Shown: positions 29,548 to 38,580, numbered from the stretch's first letter. The stretch is DNA of 64,000 bases from Limisphaerales bacterium (GCA_044223735.1 JBGALR010000026.1:21841-85840), one strand, 5' to 3'. Translations and numbers: made by a program. Notes: generated from the sequence alone by a model not told the origin.

Positions 29548-31881
29548 ATGAAAACCAAATCCCCCCAAGGACGGACGACCGGCATTACCCGGCGCCTTTG
29601 CTCCCTCGTACCAATGTGTGCCGCTGCCTTGTTGTTTTCCGGCGGCGCTTTAACCGCGGCCGTGCCGGCCGATCCCACTGTGGAAATGCGCTTTTCCAAC
29701 GGTCCCGGCTCGGGCAACGGTCTCACCACCCCGAACGACGGTTACCTCTCGGGTCTCGGAACTTTCTCCGATCCGGCAGGCACCAATACCTTTCCCGCCT
29801 TCACCACCAACGTTCCCGCCGGTCCTTATGTCCCCGGCTCGAACGCCTACGCTCTGGATTTGGGCAACTTTGTCCCGGGCGCGGAAGGCCGGGCCGTTGA
29901 TCTCGTGACCACCGCCAACCCTCCCGGCGACGGCACGCTCGGCGCGCTCCCGCAAGTCACCGTGGCCGCGTGGGTCAACGCGCGGACCTTCAGCACCCGC
30001 AATGCGATTGCCTATGCGCTCGCTTCGCAGGACGGCCTTGGTTTCAGTTTCGCCGCCAGTTCGGTCGGCAAACTGATGCTGGGCATCAATGAAGACGCCA
30101 GCGGGCTCTTTACCTCCGTCTATAGCCTCCCGACCGATGGCAACGTGGGCAGCAACAACTGGGTTTTCGTGGCTGCCACGTATAATCCCAATCTATCCTC
30201 CAACCAGCTTAGCTACTATATCGGCCGTCCCAACAAACTCGCCTACCTCGATACGGCCCTGACCTATACCGGCGGCGATATCACCACGTCGAACGTCGAT
30301 GTGACGGGCCCACTGACGGTCGGCAATTACGGCAGTGTCGATGCAAACCGCACCTCGCCCAGCTCCGCGGGCAATCCTCTTTTCCGGGGCGTCATCGACG
30401 AAGTGAAGGTTTACACGAACGCTTTGACGCTCGACCAAATCCAACAGGTTCAAATCAATTCGGCGGTGACGCCCGTGGCGGCCAGCATCATTTCCGGCCC
30501 GGCCAACCAAACCGCCGCTGAAGCCCAAAATGCGACCTTCACGGTGGACGCGACTGGCTCCGGCACGGTGACTTATCAGTGGAAAACCAATGGCGTCGAT
30601 ATCGTCGGTGCCACCAACTCCAGCGTGACCCTCACGAACGTGACCCTCGCGCAAATTGGCCTGCAGGTTCGCGTCGGCGTCAGTAACACGGTCGGTGGCG
30701 TGCTGAGCCCCAATGCCAGTCTCTCCGTCCTGCCGGCGAATCCGCAGTTGATGTATCTCTCCTACGTGGAAGGCAACGACAAGACCACCAATTCCACCAT
30801 CACGGCGGCGAACCAGAACATCACCACCACCAACGTCGGGAACGTCCAGGGCAAAGGTTATTTCCTCCAGAAGAACTCGACCAGCGGCAACTTCATCGGG
30901 GCGGGCACATATCCCGTATTCAGCACCAATGTCCCGGTCGGTCCTTATGCTCCCGCCTTTCCTTACGACCAGTTCGCGCTCAACATGGGCGACATCCGCT
31001 ACACGAACTTCCCCGCCGGCGGGGTCGGCAGCCAGGGCGGACGCGCCGTGGATTACACCAATTCCATCGGCAGCCCCTTGAACTCGCTTGGCAAAATGAG
31101 TGCGCTCACCATCTGCGTCTGGGTAAACGCGGGTAACCTCACGTTCCGCGGCAATAACGGCGGCATGGGACCGCAAATCATCTTCGCGGAAGACGAACCC
31201 GGCCGGAACGGCTTCTCCCTCTCGCACAAGGCCGACTGGTCCGTGCAATTGAATGTCAACGAATGGCCCGGCGGCGCGGGCAATCGCAGCTTCGGCCTCC
31301 TGCCGGTGGTGCAAGGTCCGGATGGCAACGCCATCTTCCCCTCAAGCAACTGGGTCTTTGTGGCGGTGACCTATGACGGCACCCTGACCTCGCAAAACCT
31401 GAATTACTACTTCGGCAGCGGCACCGCCCTCGCCACCCTCGATGCCACCTCCCCTCAGGACTACAACAAGGGCATCATCAATTACGCCACCACCGCTCCC
31501 GTGACCGTGGGTAACCTGAACTCGGTGACCACTCTCTCGGGCCGCACCATCAATGGCGACAACGCCGCCTTCTTCCGCGGACTCATCGACGAGGTGCATA
31601 TCTTCAGCCGCGTGCTGACGCTGGCGGAAATCCAGCAGGTGCAGGTGGCACCCGCCATGCCTTCGTATCTCGCCGTCACCCCGCAAACAGGCGCCGCCAA
31701 ATTGTCCTGGGACCAGGGCGCACAACCCCTCTTCCCCACACTCCAGCTTCAGGCCAGCCCGAGCATCACCGCCGGCGGCTGGACGAACGTGACCGCCGCC
31801 ACCAATGTGACCGGCAGCATCCGCAGCCTGACGGTGCCGACGACCAGCGGGCCGCTGTATTATCGCCTGCTGAGCAAGTAA
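29548..31881 (+). CDS. Secreted protein with two LamG (concanavalin-like lectin) domains and Ig-like repeats
   Basis: Signal peptide present. The two domain endings are FRGVIDEVKVYTNALTLDQIQQVQ and FFRGLIDEVHIFSRVLTLAEIQQVQ. An Ig-like TVTYQWKTNGV segment lies between them, and the C-terminal module ends LYYRLLSK. Confidence 0.75.
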   Translation: MKTKSPQGRTTGITRRLCSLVPMCAAALLFSGGALTAAVPADPTVEMRFSNGPGSGNGLTTPNDGYLSGLGTFSDPAGTNTFPAFTTNVPAGPYVPGSNAYALDLGNFVPGAEGRAVDLVTTANPPGDGTLGALPQVTVAAWVNARTFSTRNAIAYALASQDGLGFSFAASSVGKLMLGINEDASGLFTSVYSLPTDGNVGSNNWVFVAATYNPNLSSNQLSYYIGRPNKLAYLDTALTYTGGDITTSNVDVTGPLTVGNYGSVDANRTSPSSAGNPLFRGVIDEVKVYTNALTLDQIQQVQINSAVTPVAASIISGPANQTAAEAQNATFTVDATGSGTVTYQWKTNGVDIVGATNSSVTLTNVTLAQIGLQVRVGVSNTVGGVLSPNASLSVLPANPQLMYLSYVEGNDKTTNSTITAANQNITTTNVGNVQGKGYFLQKNSTSGNFIGAGTYPVFSTNVPVGPYAPAFPYDQFALNMGDIRYTNFPAGGVGSQGGRAVDYTNSIGSPLNSLGKMSALTICVWVNAGNLTFRGNNGGMGPQIIFAEDEPGRNGFSLSHKADWSVQLNVNEWPGGAGNRSFGLLPVVQGPDGNAIFPSSNWVFVAVTYDGTLTSQNLNYYFGSGTALATLDATSPQDYNKGIINYATTAPVTVGNLNSVTTLSGRTINGDNAAFFRGLIDEVHIFSRVLTLAEIQQVQVAPAMPSYLAVTPQTGAAKLSWDQGAQPLFPTLQLQASPSITAGGWTNVTAATNVTGSIRSLTVPTTSGPLYYRLLSK

Positions 31882-31921
31882 CTCTACCCCACACAGGATA
31901 AACCGGGCTGCCACTCACCAA

Positions 31922-31957
31922 CGGGGCCGGTCGAAAGACCGGCCCCGTTCTTTTTTT
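31922..31957 (+). terminator. Rho-independent terminator after the LamG gene
   Basis: A perfect 10-bp GC-rich stem GGGGCCGGTC / GACCGGCCCC with a GAAA loop is followed by GTTCTTTTTTT. Confidence 0.8.
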
Positions 31958-32293
31958 GGTTGGAAGGAACCAGACCGATCCGCCGCCCCAGTCGAAGTCG
32001 CAACCTGGCTATTCGTGGCGATATTTGTTGCGGTAGGCCGAATAGTTCTGGCCAACTTTTTTTGAAGGCGCATCAAAGGTGTTGTTTACTGGATCGTGGC
32101 CCTCGCGCTAAAAGTCCCCGCCGCCCACGACATCGCGCACATTTTCCTCAAGCTCTCCGGCCGTCAGAAGTTGGGGCCGCCGAAGAGGTGAGCGGAGGGA
32201 CGGTCTCGACCCGCGCAGGCTTTCTCAAACAACCTGCCTGAAGGCGTCAAAGGCCATTACCAAAAGGTGCGCTGGCACAAAACTTTCAAGATT

Positions 32294-32649
32294 CTAGTAC
32301 CCCTTTACGAGTACGAGTTGCTGTTGAAGCGGTGTGCGCTTCCAAGCGGAGGGGATGCCCTCAGGGATTTGCCAGTTGGTCATGTGCGGTAAGCGGGAGT
32401 GCCCAGCGGACTCTGCGGCAGATGCTTGCCGCTGCGCTTGAACCAGAGGAGAACGCGTTCCAATCGCTCTACGAGGGCGCGGCTCTGGTGCGCCCGAAAG
32501 GCCTGGCACAACCGTGGGCCGGCTTTCATCCCACGCAGCTTGGATTCAATGGTGTAAAGATGCTGCAACTGGCGCAGGATCCAGGCAGCGGTCCGGGGAG
32601 ACGATTCCAGTGATTCAAAAATTTTCGGCGCACGTGTGCCCATCAGCAT
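32294..32649 (-). pseudogene. IS66-family transposase fragment (internal part, frameshifted)
   Basis: ORF 32380-32649 reads ILRQLQHLYTIESKLRGMKAGPRL...RALVERLERVLLWFKRSGKHLPQSPLGTPA, which matches my recollection of the central IS66 transposase region. It then breaks frame, and no N- or C-terminal parts are present. Confidence 0.5.
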
Positions 32650-32827
32650 CTCCGTATTTCAAAAGAAGCGCTGACTACTTGAGCCTTATCAGCCAACTAA
32701 TCAGGTACACCAATACACACGCCCCATACCACCACCAAAATCCCCTTGGGTTGGAGTGCTTTGAAAATAGTCGGGTCTTTCTGTTTATCGCCCAAGTAAC
32801 CATAAAGGGGTCGGTCCTGAATGGCAC

Positions 32828-33160
32828 TTAGTTAAGCCCTAAAACCCTTTTGCTGAGGTGTTTACGGCGAGTCACGCTGGCGAACTTTTGGAAGAGGAGA
32901 CGTCTGGAAAGCCGCTGCATGGCCGCCACCGTCGCTTGCAGCCGGCGTTGGTTTTGCGCCGCCTTTTTCAGTTCCCGATATTGCTCTTTGGATAGGGCTA
33001 CGGTGACGGTTTTTGCTTTCACTTTCCGGGTCCAGACATAGCGGCTGCCCTGTTGTCCTGGCTTGCGTTCAAAAACGCTGCCTTGGGTCAGGTAGCCGAC
33101 GCGGGCGAGTTGGCGGCGCAGGCGTTGGTATTGCGCGGGCATGGCAACGGCTTTTGGCAT
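32828..33160 (-). CDS. Small IS-internal accessory ORF (110 aa), divergent from the transposase; DUF6788-like by recollection
   Basis: MPKAVAMPAQYQRLRRQLARVGYLTQGSVFERKPGQQGSRYVWTRKVKAKTVTVALSKEQYRELKKAAQNQRRL. The ATG is at 33158-33160. This is the C-terminal part of the long ORF 32828-34054, the rest of which is antisense to the transposase. Confidence 0.45.
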   Translation of the reverse strand: MPKAVAMPAQYQRLRRQLARVGYLTQGSVFERKPGQQGSRYVWTRKVKAKTVTVALSKEQYRELKKAAQNQRRLQATVAAMQRLSRRLLFQKFASVTRRKHLSKRVLGLN

Positions 33161-33184
33161 GGACGCAGCAGAGCAGAAAGGGCT

Positions 33185-33214
33185 TTGACTGTCAATGTGG
33201 TGAGTATATATACT
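33185..33214 (+). promoter_or_regulatory. Candidate promoter of the IS4 transposase gene
   Basis: TTGACT (33185-33190), an 18-nt spacer, then TATACT (33209-33214), about 16 nt before ATG 33230. Confidence 0.3.
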
Positions 33215-33229
33215 TACTGTAAACAAACC

Positions 33230-34684
33230 ATGCACACCCCCTATTTTCCTTCCTGGCGCTCCCGGCTGGCCGCGTTGGGGTCCCGCCACGCGCTCACTCT
33301 GCGCCAAAGCACACTCGAACAGCTCCAGGGTCATTTGCGCGGCTTGCTGCCGGCGCCGCTGCTTTCCAGCGAGGACGAAGGGCCAAACAGTCGCAACCGG
33401 ATCTTCGGCTTGCGGCTGACCTTTGAGTGCTTCATCTGGCAGATGCTCAAGCCGCGCACCTCCTGCCGTGAAGTGGTGCGCCACGTGCAAGCCTTGCGGC
33501 GCTTGCGCCGCCGCAGTCCCGCAGCCGAGGGAAATTCCGCCTACGTTCAAGCCCGCCAGCGCTTGCCAAAACCACGCCTGGCGCATGCGCTCACGGCGAC
33601 CGCCGAAGTGGCCGAACGGCGGATCACTGCTTCCCCGCAATTGCAGGGCCGGCCCGTCAAGGTCGTCGACGGCACGACGGTTCAACTGGCCGACACCCCC
33701 GCCAACCAGCAGCGCTTTCCCCAAAACAAGGCGCAAAAACCGGGCTGCGGCTTTCCCGTCATGAAACTGGTGGTGCTCTTTTCGCTCAATAGCGGAGCTT
33801 TGCTCCAGGCCGTCTGGGGCAGCCTCCATAACCACGATCTGCGTCTGTTCCAGCAACTCTGGAAGACTTTGGAAATAGGCGACATTCTTTTGGGAGACCG
33901 CGCCTTTGGAGAGTATACCTCGCTGGCCGGACTGTGCCAGCGAGGTATTGATGTGGTGGCGCGCCTGCACCAGCGGCGAGCGATCGATTTCCGCAAGGCC
34001 TGCCGCCTGGCCAAAGGGGACGCGCTCTTTAACTGGACCAAGAGTGACAACCAATGCGCCATCCTAAACCAAAAACGCTGGCGAGCCTTGCCGCGCCAAC
34101 TCACCGTGCGAGTCATTCGCTTTCACGCGCGCATCCGAGGACATCGCAACCGCCGCATCACCCTGGTGACCACGCTCCTGGACCCCAAACTCTATCCGGC
34201 GGAGCAGCTGATCGCCCTTTATGCCCGCCGCTGGCGCCTGGAACTGTGCCTGCGAGACCTCAAATCCATGATGGGCATGGAACAGTTGCGCTGTCAGTCC
34301 CCAGCCATGGCGGAAAAGGAACTGCTGGCCTACCTGATCGCCCACAATTTGGTCCGCTGCCTCATGGCCGAGTCGGTGGCGCAGTTCCACGCCCAGCTCG
34401 ACCGCCTCAGTTTCAAAGGAGCCCTGGACGGATTGCGCCAATTCAGCGCCGCGCTGGATCGAGCTCCCAACCAAAAATGCCGACGAGAACTCTGGCTCGA
34501 TCTCCTCCTTAACCTTGCCCGTGACCTGGTGCCTCTTCGCCCGGGACGGCGCGAACCCCGCGCACTCAAACGCCGACCAAAACAGTACCCCTTGCTCAAC
34601 CGACCACGTCACCAGTTTCGTGAAATCCCACACCGAAATCGCCATTGGAAAGCCAAACCACGAAATTACCGCACCCTTAACTAA
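33230..34684 (+). CDS. IS4-family DDE transposase
   Basis: 484 aa from MHTPYFPSW. It carries the IS4 signature Y-x2-R-x3-E-x6-K in LYARRWRLELCLRDLK, plus VDGTTVQL and LLGDRAFG DDE-region motifs. Confidence 0.9.
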   Translation: MHTPYFPSWRSRLAALGSRHALTLRQSTLEQLQGHLRGLLPAPLLSSEDEGPNSRNRIFGLRLTFECFIWQMLKPRTSCREVVRHVQALRRLRRRSPAAEGNSAYVQARQRLPKPRLAHALTATAEVAERRITASPQLQGRPVKVVDGTTVQLADTPANQQRFPQNKAQKPGCGFPVMKLVVLFSLNSGALLQAVWGSLHNHDLRLFQQLWKTLEIGDILLGDRAFGEYTSLAGLCQRGIDVVARLHQRRAIDFRKACRLAKGDALFNWTKSDNQCAILNQKRWRALPRQLTVRVIRFHARIRGHRNRRITLVTTLLDPKLYPAEQLIALYARRWRLELCLRDLKSMMGMEQLRCQSPAMAEKELLAYLIAHNLVRCLMAESVAQFHAQLDRLSFKGALDGLRQFSAALDRAPNQKCRRELWLDLLLNLARDLVPLRPGRREPRALKRRPKQYPLLNRPRHQFREIPHRNRHWKAKPRNYRTLN

Positions 34685-34744
34685 GTGCCATTCAGGACTG
34701 ACCCTTCATGGTGGACCACCCTCCCAAAATGTATCTAAAAAAGG

Positions 34745-35907
34745 CTAGAGCAGTAAGTTCATGCGCAGTTCTTGATAAAATTCCCGCAGGTAGTCTTCAA
34801 ATTCGTCATTGCGCTTGTCGCACAGCCAGCCGTTTCGATACCACCGATAATACGGAACGTGGATGATGCTCCAACCCGCCCGCGCTAGAATCTCAATTCT
34901 GTCAACGTGAGCCTCAGAATAACTTTTCCCATCTTGTCCGTAATGGCATTGCCCATCAACCTCCACCGCGCAGCATTCCCCGTTGCGTTCATTGAAAAGC
35001 ACAAAATCAAGGCGCTTCTGACCGCAACTTTCTACTTGATTGTACAATTTTAGCACAAGTTCACCACCGTGTTCCGCGATGAATTTGTGCAAAAATTCAT
35101 CGACGCGAATTTCAAATTCGGACTCGCGCAAATGAGGGTGGTATCGCCACGCGTAACGATTCAAAGCAGGCCGTGGCTCTACTTGATTATGCAACAGGCT
35201 ATGCTCAACCCAATGGCGATGAACCGCATGGATGAGGTGTTCTTTCGCCTCGTGCACCCTCACATAATTGTTGCAACTGACCGCGTAGTTGACGGCGTTG
35301 TTCTGATTGTGCGCCCAGATAAACTACCCCGCCTTCTCCTAAGAATTTCTCCAGCTGCCGTCGCACGACTTCGACGGCCGCTCTCTTGTGTGAAACCATC
35401 AAAACGCGCTTCTTCAAGAAAATGGCAGACAGCATCAATGCCGTGATGGTGTGAGACTTACCAGTCCCAGGGGGACCCTGAATATAGGAGATTTCGCTGC
35501 ACCACGCATTGTGCAAGGCCGTTCGTTGGTTTTCCGATAGCAGAATGGGAAGGAAGTTGATTGCTTCGTCAACCTTGCTCCCTGCAACCAAATCAGTCCT
35601 TATCGGAATTTTTCGATGCTCCAAAACGCCTTTGAGCAACTTGGCCAACAGTGGGTTTGTTCTTCTCAACCTGACCAACAAAAAGCCCCAATCCCAAATA
35701 CAAGCCCCTCGTCTGGTCTCTTTGCAGCAGCGCTTTCAATTGCAGCAGGTACTCTGGCATTCGCGCCTTCCTGTCATAATCAAAATAACAAGGATTTTGC
35801 TTTTTTGCCTTTCCATAGAGCACATTTTCAAAGCCCGACCGCAGCAAAATCTTCCTGCTAACTTCTTGCAAATAGTGAAGGTAGGCAATAACTGGGTTGT
35901 CTCCCAT
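34745..35907 (-). pseudogene. Degraded superfamily-1 (Upf1/DNA2-like, AAA_11 type) helicase fused to a DUF559/Vsr-like endonuclease domain
   Basis: Three overlapping ORFs lie in different frames. ORF 35593-35907 is the N-terminus. ORF 35205-35681 carries the P-loop GPPGTGKSHTITAL. ORF 34745-35263 carries the C-terminal nuclease-like CCAVEVDGQCHYG...RIEILARAGWSIIHVPYYRW. The second RecA-like helicase domain is missing. Confidence 0.6.
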
Positions 35908-35918
35908 ACGGCGCGGCC

Positions 35919-36416
35919 TTAGAACTTGATTGATTCTTCGAGGCTCTGCTTTAGAGCTTGGATTTGCTTGGTTGTCTCACCAAGAGCCTGCCTCAATTTG
36001 CCCGCACTTGCTTCCTCAGTCTCGCAAACCGTGGCGAGTCCAGTTTTGATGCTGGCTTCCAGATTTTTCAGCTGTGTTGCAAGTTGGTCCGCTTTCTCGG
36101 CAAGGTTCTGGAGTTTCTTGCCTTGCGCAGCCTGTTCGTCATCGGCTCGCTTCGCAGCGTTGACTTCCTGCGAACCGAGCAAGGAATTTGATTTCTCTAG
36201 CGCAGCCTGTAATGCGCTCAGTATGGAATTCGTTTTGCCTTGCGTGGACTCGATTAAGGAATGAATGGCAACGAGCGATTGAAGATTTAGTTGTGCGTCT
36301 TCCCGTTCTTTTTTGAATCGTTCGGCATTCGCTCGTGCGTTCTTTTCCAAATAGATTGCGATGCAGATAACAGCGACAAAGGTAACAACCCCAGTGATGA
36401 GAAGATAAAGTTCCAT
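35919..36416 (-). CDS. Membrane-anchored coiled-coil hypothetical protein
   Basis: 165 aa with an N-terminal TM segment (LYLLITGVVTFVAVICIAIYL) followed by heptad-like Q/K/E/L-rich sequence. It ends 12 nt upstream of the degraded helicase gene. Confidence 0.55.
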   Translation of the reverse strand: MELYLLITGVVTFVAVICIAIYLEKNARANAERFKKEREDAQLNLQSLVAIHSLIESTQGKTNSILSALQAALEKSNSLLGSQEVNAAKRADDEQAAQGKKLQNLAEKADQLATQLKNLEASIKTGLATVCETEEASAGKLRQALGETTKQIQALKQSLEESIKF

Positions 36417-36554
36417 CTGCGGCCTTTTGTTCCGCGCATACTAGCAATCGTGCATGGGGTGTGCAATTGTATTTTTGGCGGCAGCCCTTCCCGCACCTTA
36501 CTGCGTCGGCCACGAAGTCGTGTCTTCGGGATTTTCGGCCCAAGCAACTCGGAA

Positions 36555-36800
36555 ATGGGTCGGTTCGTAGTATTGACAGATTTGGGTCGCCCGTCATTGT
36601 GCCGAGGAGCGGCGGAGGAATTACGACTGCCCTATCCCGGGGCGATTTATCATGTCATGAGCCGTGGGGATCGGCGGCAGGGCATAGTGCGGACGGACGA
36701 CGGCCGCGAATTGTTTGTCCGGACGCTCGGCGAGGCCTGCGCCAAGACCGACGGCAGGTCCACGCCCGGCGTCTACGGCGCAACCACTTTCATTAGGTAG
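36555..36800 (+). pseudogene. Truncated IS200-like / REP-associated Y1 tyrosine transposase
   Basis: LRLPYPGAIYHVMSRGDRRQGIVRTDDGRELFVRTLGEACAK matches the N-terminal third of Y1 transposases. The sequence then leaves the expected pattern and stops, and no HUH-Y catalytic tail is present. Confidence 0.5.
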
Positions 36801-36974
36801 TCCCGACGCCCAAGCCCACCCTGGGGGAAGGGATGAAATGGTTTTTTGAGCCCTGGGAAGGCAAAAGCGAAAGTTGACAACACTGAGAATTGACCTCTTT
36901 TCAATTGCGGAATTGATTGCGGCTTTTGCAGAGTTCATCAATGCAGTTCGGCATCCGCGGTAAAGCCGGTGCGC

Positions 36975-38216
36975 CTATTTTTTGAACTTTTGCAAAACTC
37001 TGGTGCAGCGGCCCTGCACCAGATCGGCGACAGCTTTTGCCGTCGGATGGCTCGTAATCAGTCCCGGCGCTTTTGAAAGGACGGTTTCCGCCACTTCCCG
37101 CACTCGCCGTTTCACCATTGGCTTTGCTAGTCCCGTTTCATCTGCCAACTGGTCAAAGTTCTTTGGCTGCACCTTTTCAGATTCATACTCCCCGCCGATC
37201 TTCATCGCCATTTTCCTGGCGAGATCGGGGTAATAGGCAGTGCTGAGAACATCATAGAGCGGCGCAAGCCGCGGTTCATTTCCATAAAGCAGGGAGAAAT
37301 TTTTCCCGTGCGCGTCATGGTTTCCAATCAGGAAATTGAAAATGACCGCATCGAGCAAACGTTGCAGGTCGATCACCGGAGCGCTGGATAATTCGCGCAA
37401 TAGGTCAAAGCACTGCTTTAGCGAAGGCCCGCCTTCGTTTTGGTATTTGTTGTCAGGGATGATTCCCAGGGCTTGGCAGAAATCTTCCTGGTGCTGCCGT
37501 TCCAAGTATTCAGCGCCACTGGCATCTTTAAGCATGGTGCGGTCGTAACGCTCGACCAGTAGATAATCAACATCCTCAACCTTGCCAGCTTCCGCCCTCG
37601 CCGTCGGCAAACCGATGGCGTGGGCAAGCGTCATGCAAAATGCTTCGTTGAAAACGATTCCTTCAAAATGCGCAATCGCCGGTTTGAGAATATGTGTGCT
37701 GGGCGCTCCGCCAAGCGGAATCGAAATTTTACCATCATGGACATGCACCGCAATTTTATCCTGCGCTCCGGCTAGTGACAGCCGGATGCCATCCTCCCCC
37801 GCCATCAGCGGACGGCGCGGCAGCCTTTTGAGAATTTCCGTCAGCTTCCCGCTGGTCAACGGTCGGTGGCTGTAATTGCGTTCCGGCGGTTTTTCACCTG
37901 CCGGGATGAAGGTCACCGCTCCGGCGCATTCGCCGCCGATTTGTTCCAGCATGGCAAAATCGTTCCTGGCACTGATACCAAGATTTTTTGCGATGATCTC
38001 GCGCTTGCTTTCATCCGGCAATAGGCCCGCAAAAAATCCCCGGCATTCGTTGCGACTGAATTTTTCTTTTTTAAGCGGCAATGAATGTGACAAGGGCACG
38101 GCGTTGGGGTTGTTAAGCCAACCCTCGGCATAATAAAATGCCAACTGCCCATTCTCGTCCTGAATGAGTCGGCCTGCCAATTCCCGCTGCAAATAGACGT
38201 CCAATGTGCGAGGCAT
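36975..38216 (-). CDS. hipA: HipA-family serine/threonine kinase toxin
   Basis: 413 aa with a HipA N-terminal region (LDVYLQRELAGRLIQDENGQLAFYYAEGW, LPLKKEKFSRNECRGFFAGLLPDE) and a catalytic region (FNFLIGNHDAHGKNFSLLY). Confidence 0.9.
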   Translation of the reverse strand: MPRTLDVYLQRELAGRLIQDENGQLAFYYAEGWLNNPNAVPLSHSLPLKKEKFSRNECRGFFAGLLPDESKREIIAKNLGISARNDFAMLEQIGGECAGAVTFIPAGEKPPERNYSHRPLTSGKLTEILKRLPRRPLMAGEDGIRLSLAGAQDKIAVHVHDGKISIPLGGAPSTHILKPAIAHFEGIVFNEAFCMTLAHAIGLPTARAEAGKVEDVDYLLVERYDRTMLKDASGAEYLERQHQEDFCQALGIIPDNKYQNEGGPSLKQCFDLLRELSSAPVIDLQRLLDAVIFNFLIGNHDAHGKNFSLLYGNEPRLAPLYDVLSTAYYPDLARKMAMKIGGEYESEKVQPKNFDQLADETGLAKPMVKRRVREVAETVLSKAPGLITSHPTAKAVADLVQGRCTRVLQKFKK

Positions 38217-38219
38217 GGG

Positions 38220-38450
38220 TCAGGTTCCTTTCCTGCCGTTACCGGTGGGCGCGGTGAATTCAACTTTGATCCCCAGCGTATGCAGGACGGTCAGCACCTT
38301 GCCGAGCTGGCAAGTGGGCTTGCCTTTCTCCATATCAATGATGAACCGCAGGCCAGTGCCGGAGGTCATCGCCAAAGCTTTTTGGGTCACGCCCATTGTC
38401 TTGCGCGTGTTCTTGACCAGGTCGCCTATGGTTGCAGGGGTATGTTTCAT
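38220..38450 (-). CDS. hipB: HipB-like XRE-family HTH antitoxin
   Basis: 76 aa from MKHTPATIGDLVKNTRKTMGVTQKALAMTSGTGLRFIIDMEKGKPT. Its stop lies 3 nt before the hipA start. Confidence 0.8.
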   Translation of the reverse strand: MKHTPATIGDLVKNTRKTMGVTQKALAMTSGTGLRFIIDMEKGKPTCQLGKVLTVLHTLGIKVEFTAPTGNGRKGT

Positions 38451-38464
38451 GGCTTGTAATCGAT

Positions 38465-38580
38465 ATGTTACCGTGCGGTAACATTGCACCCTTTTTCGTG
38501 TCCAAGCAAGGGAATTATTCCCGAACGGGAACAATGTGGGCTATTGATGCTGGAAAAATGGCTTTATTCCCGTGCGGGAA
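38465..38580. promoter_or_regulatory. Three palindromic candidate HipB operator sites upstream of hipBA
   Basis: The sites are ATGTTACCG-TG-CGGTAACAT (38465-38484), TTCCCG-AA-CGGGAA (38518-38531) and TTCCCG-TG-CGGGAA (38567-38580). Their centres are spaced about 50 and 49 bp apart. Confidence 0.5.

Larger units (their letters stand above)
32800..34711 (+). mobile_element. IS4-family insertion sequence, apparently intact
   Basis: Terminal inverted repeats have a perfect 23-bp core, GTCCTGAATGGCACTTAGTTAAG (32814-32836), matching the reverse complement of 34676-34698. The repeats extend imperfectly to about 32800 and 34711. The element encloses a DDE transposase gene and a divergent small ORF. 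No target-site duplication was visible. Confidence 0.85.

Noticed and set aside
31960-32293. ORF 31960-32241 and the surrounding sequence as a possible continuation of the IS66 transposase or a real gene
   Set aside because: The translation is Arg/Pro-rich with no motif. I could not recognise the IS66 C-terminal DNN..E region convincingly in any frame, so it is left unannotated.
33161-34054. N-terminal ~300 aa of the long minus-strand ORF 32828-34054 inside the IS4 element
   Set aside because: This part is antisense to the transposase gene, which has the DDE/YREK signature. Only the last 110 codons, outside the transposase CDS, look like a plausible separate gene.
32800-34711. Target-site duplication flanking the IS4 element
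   Set aside because: The flanks are not direct repeats at any of the plausible IR boundaries. What first looked like flank similarity is an outward extension of the inverted repeats.
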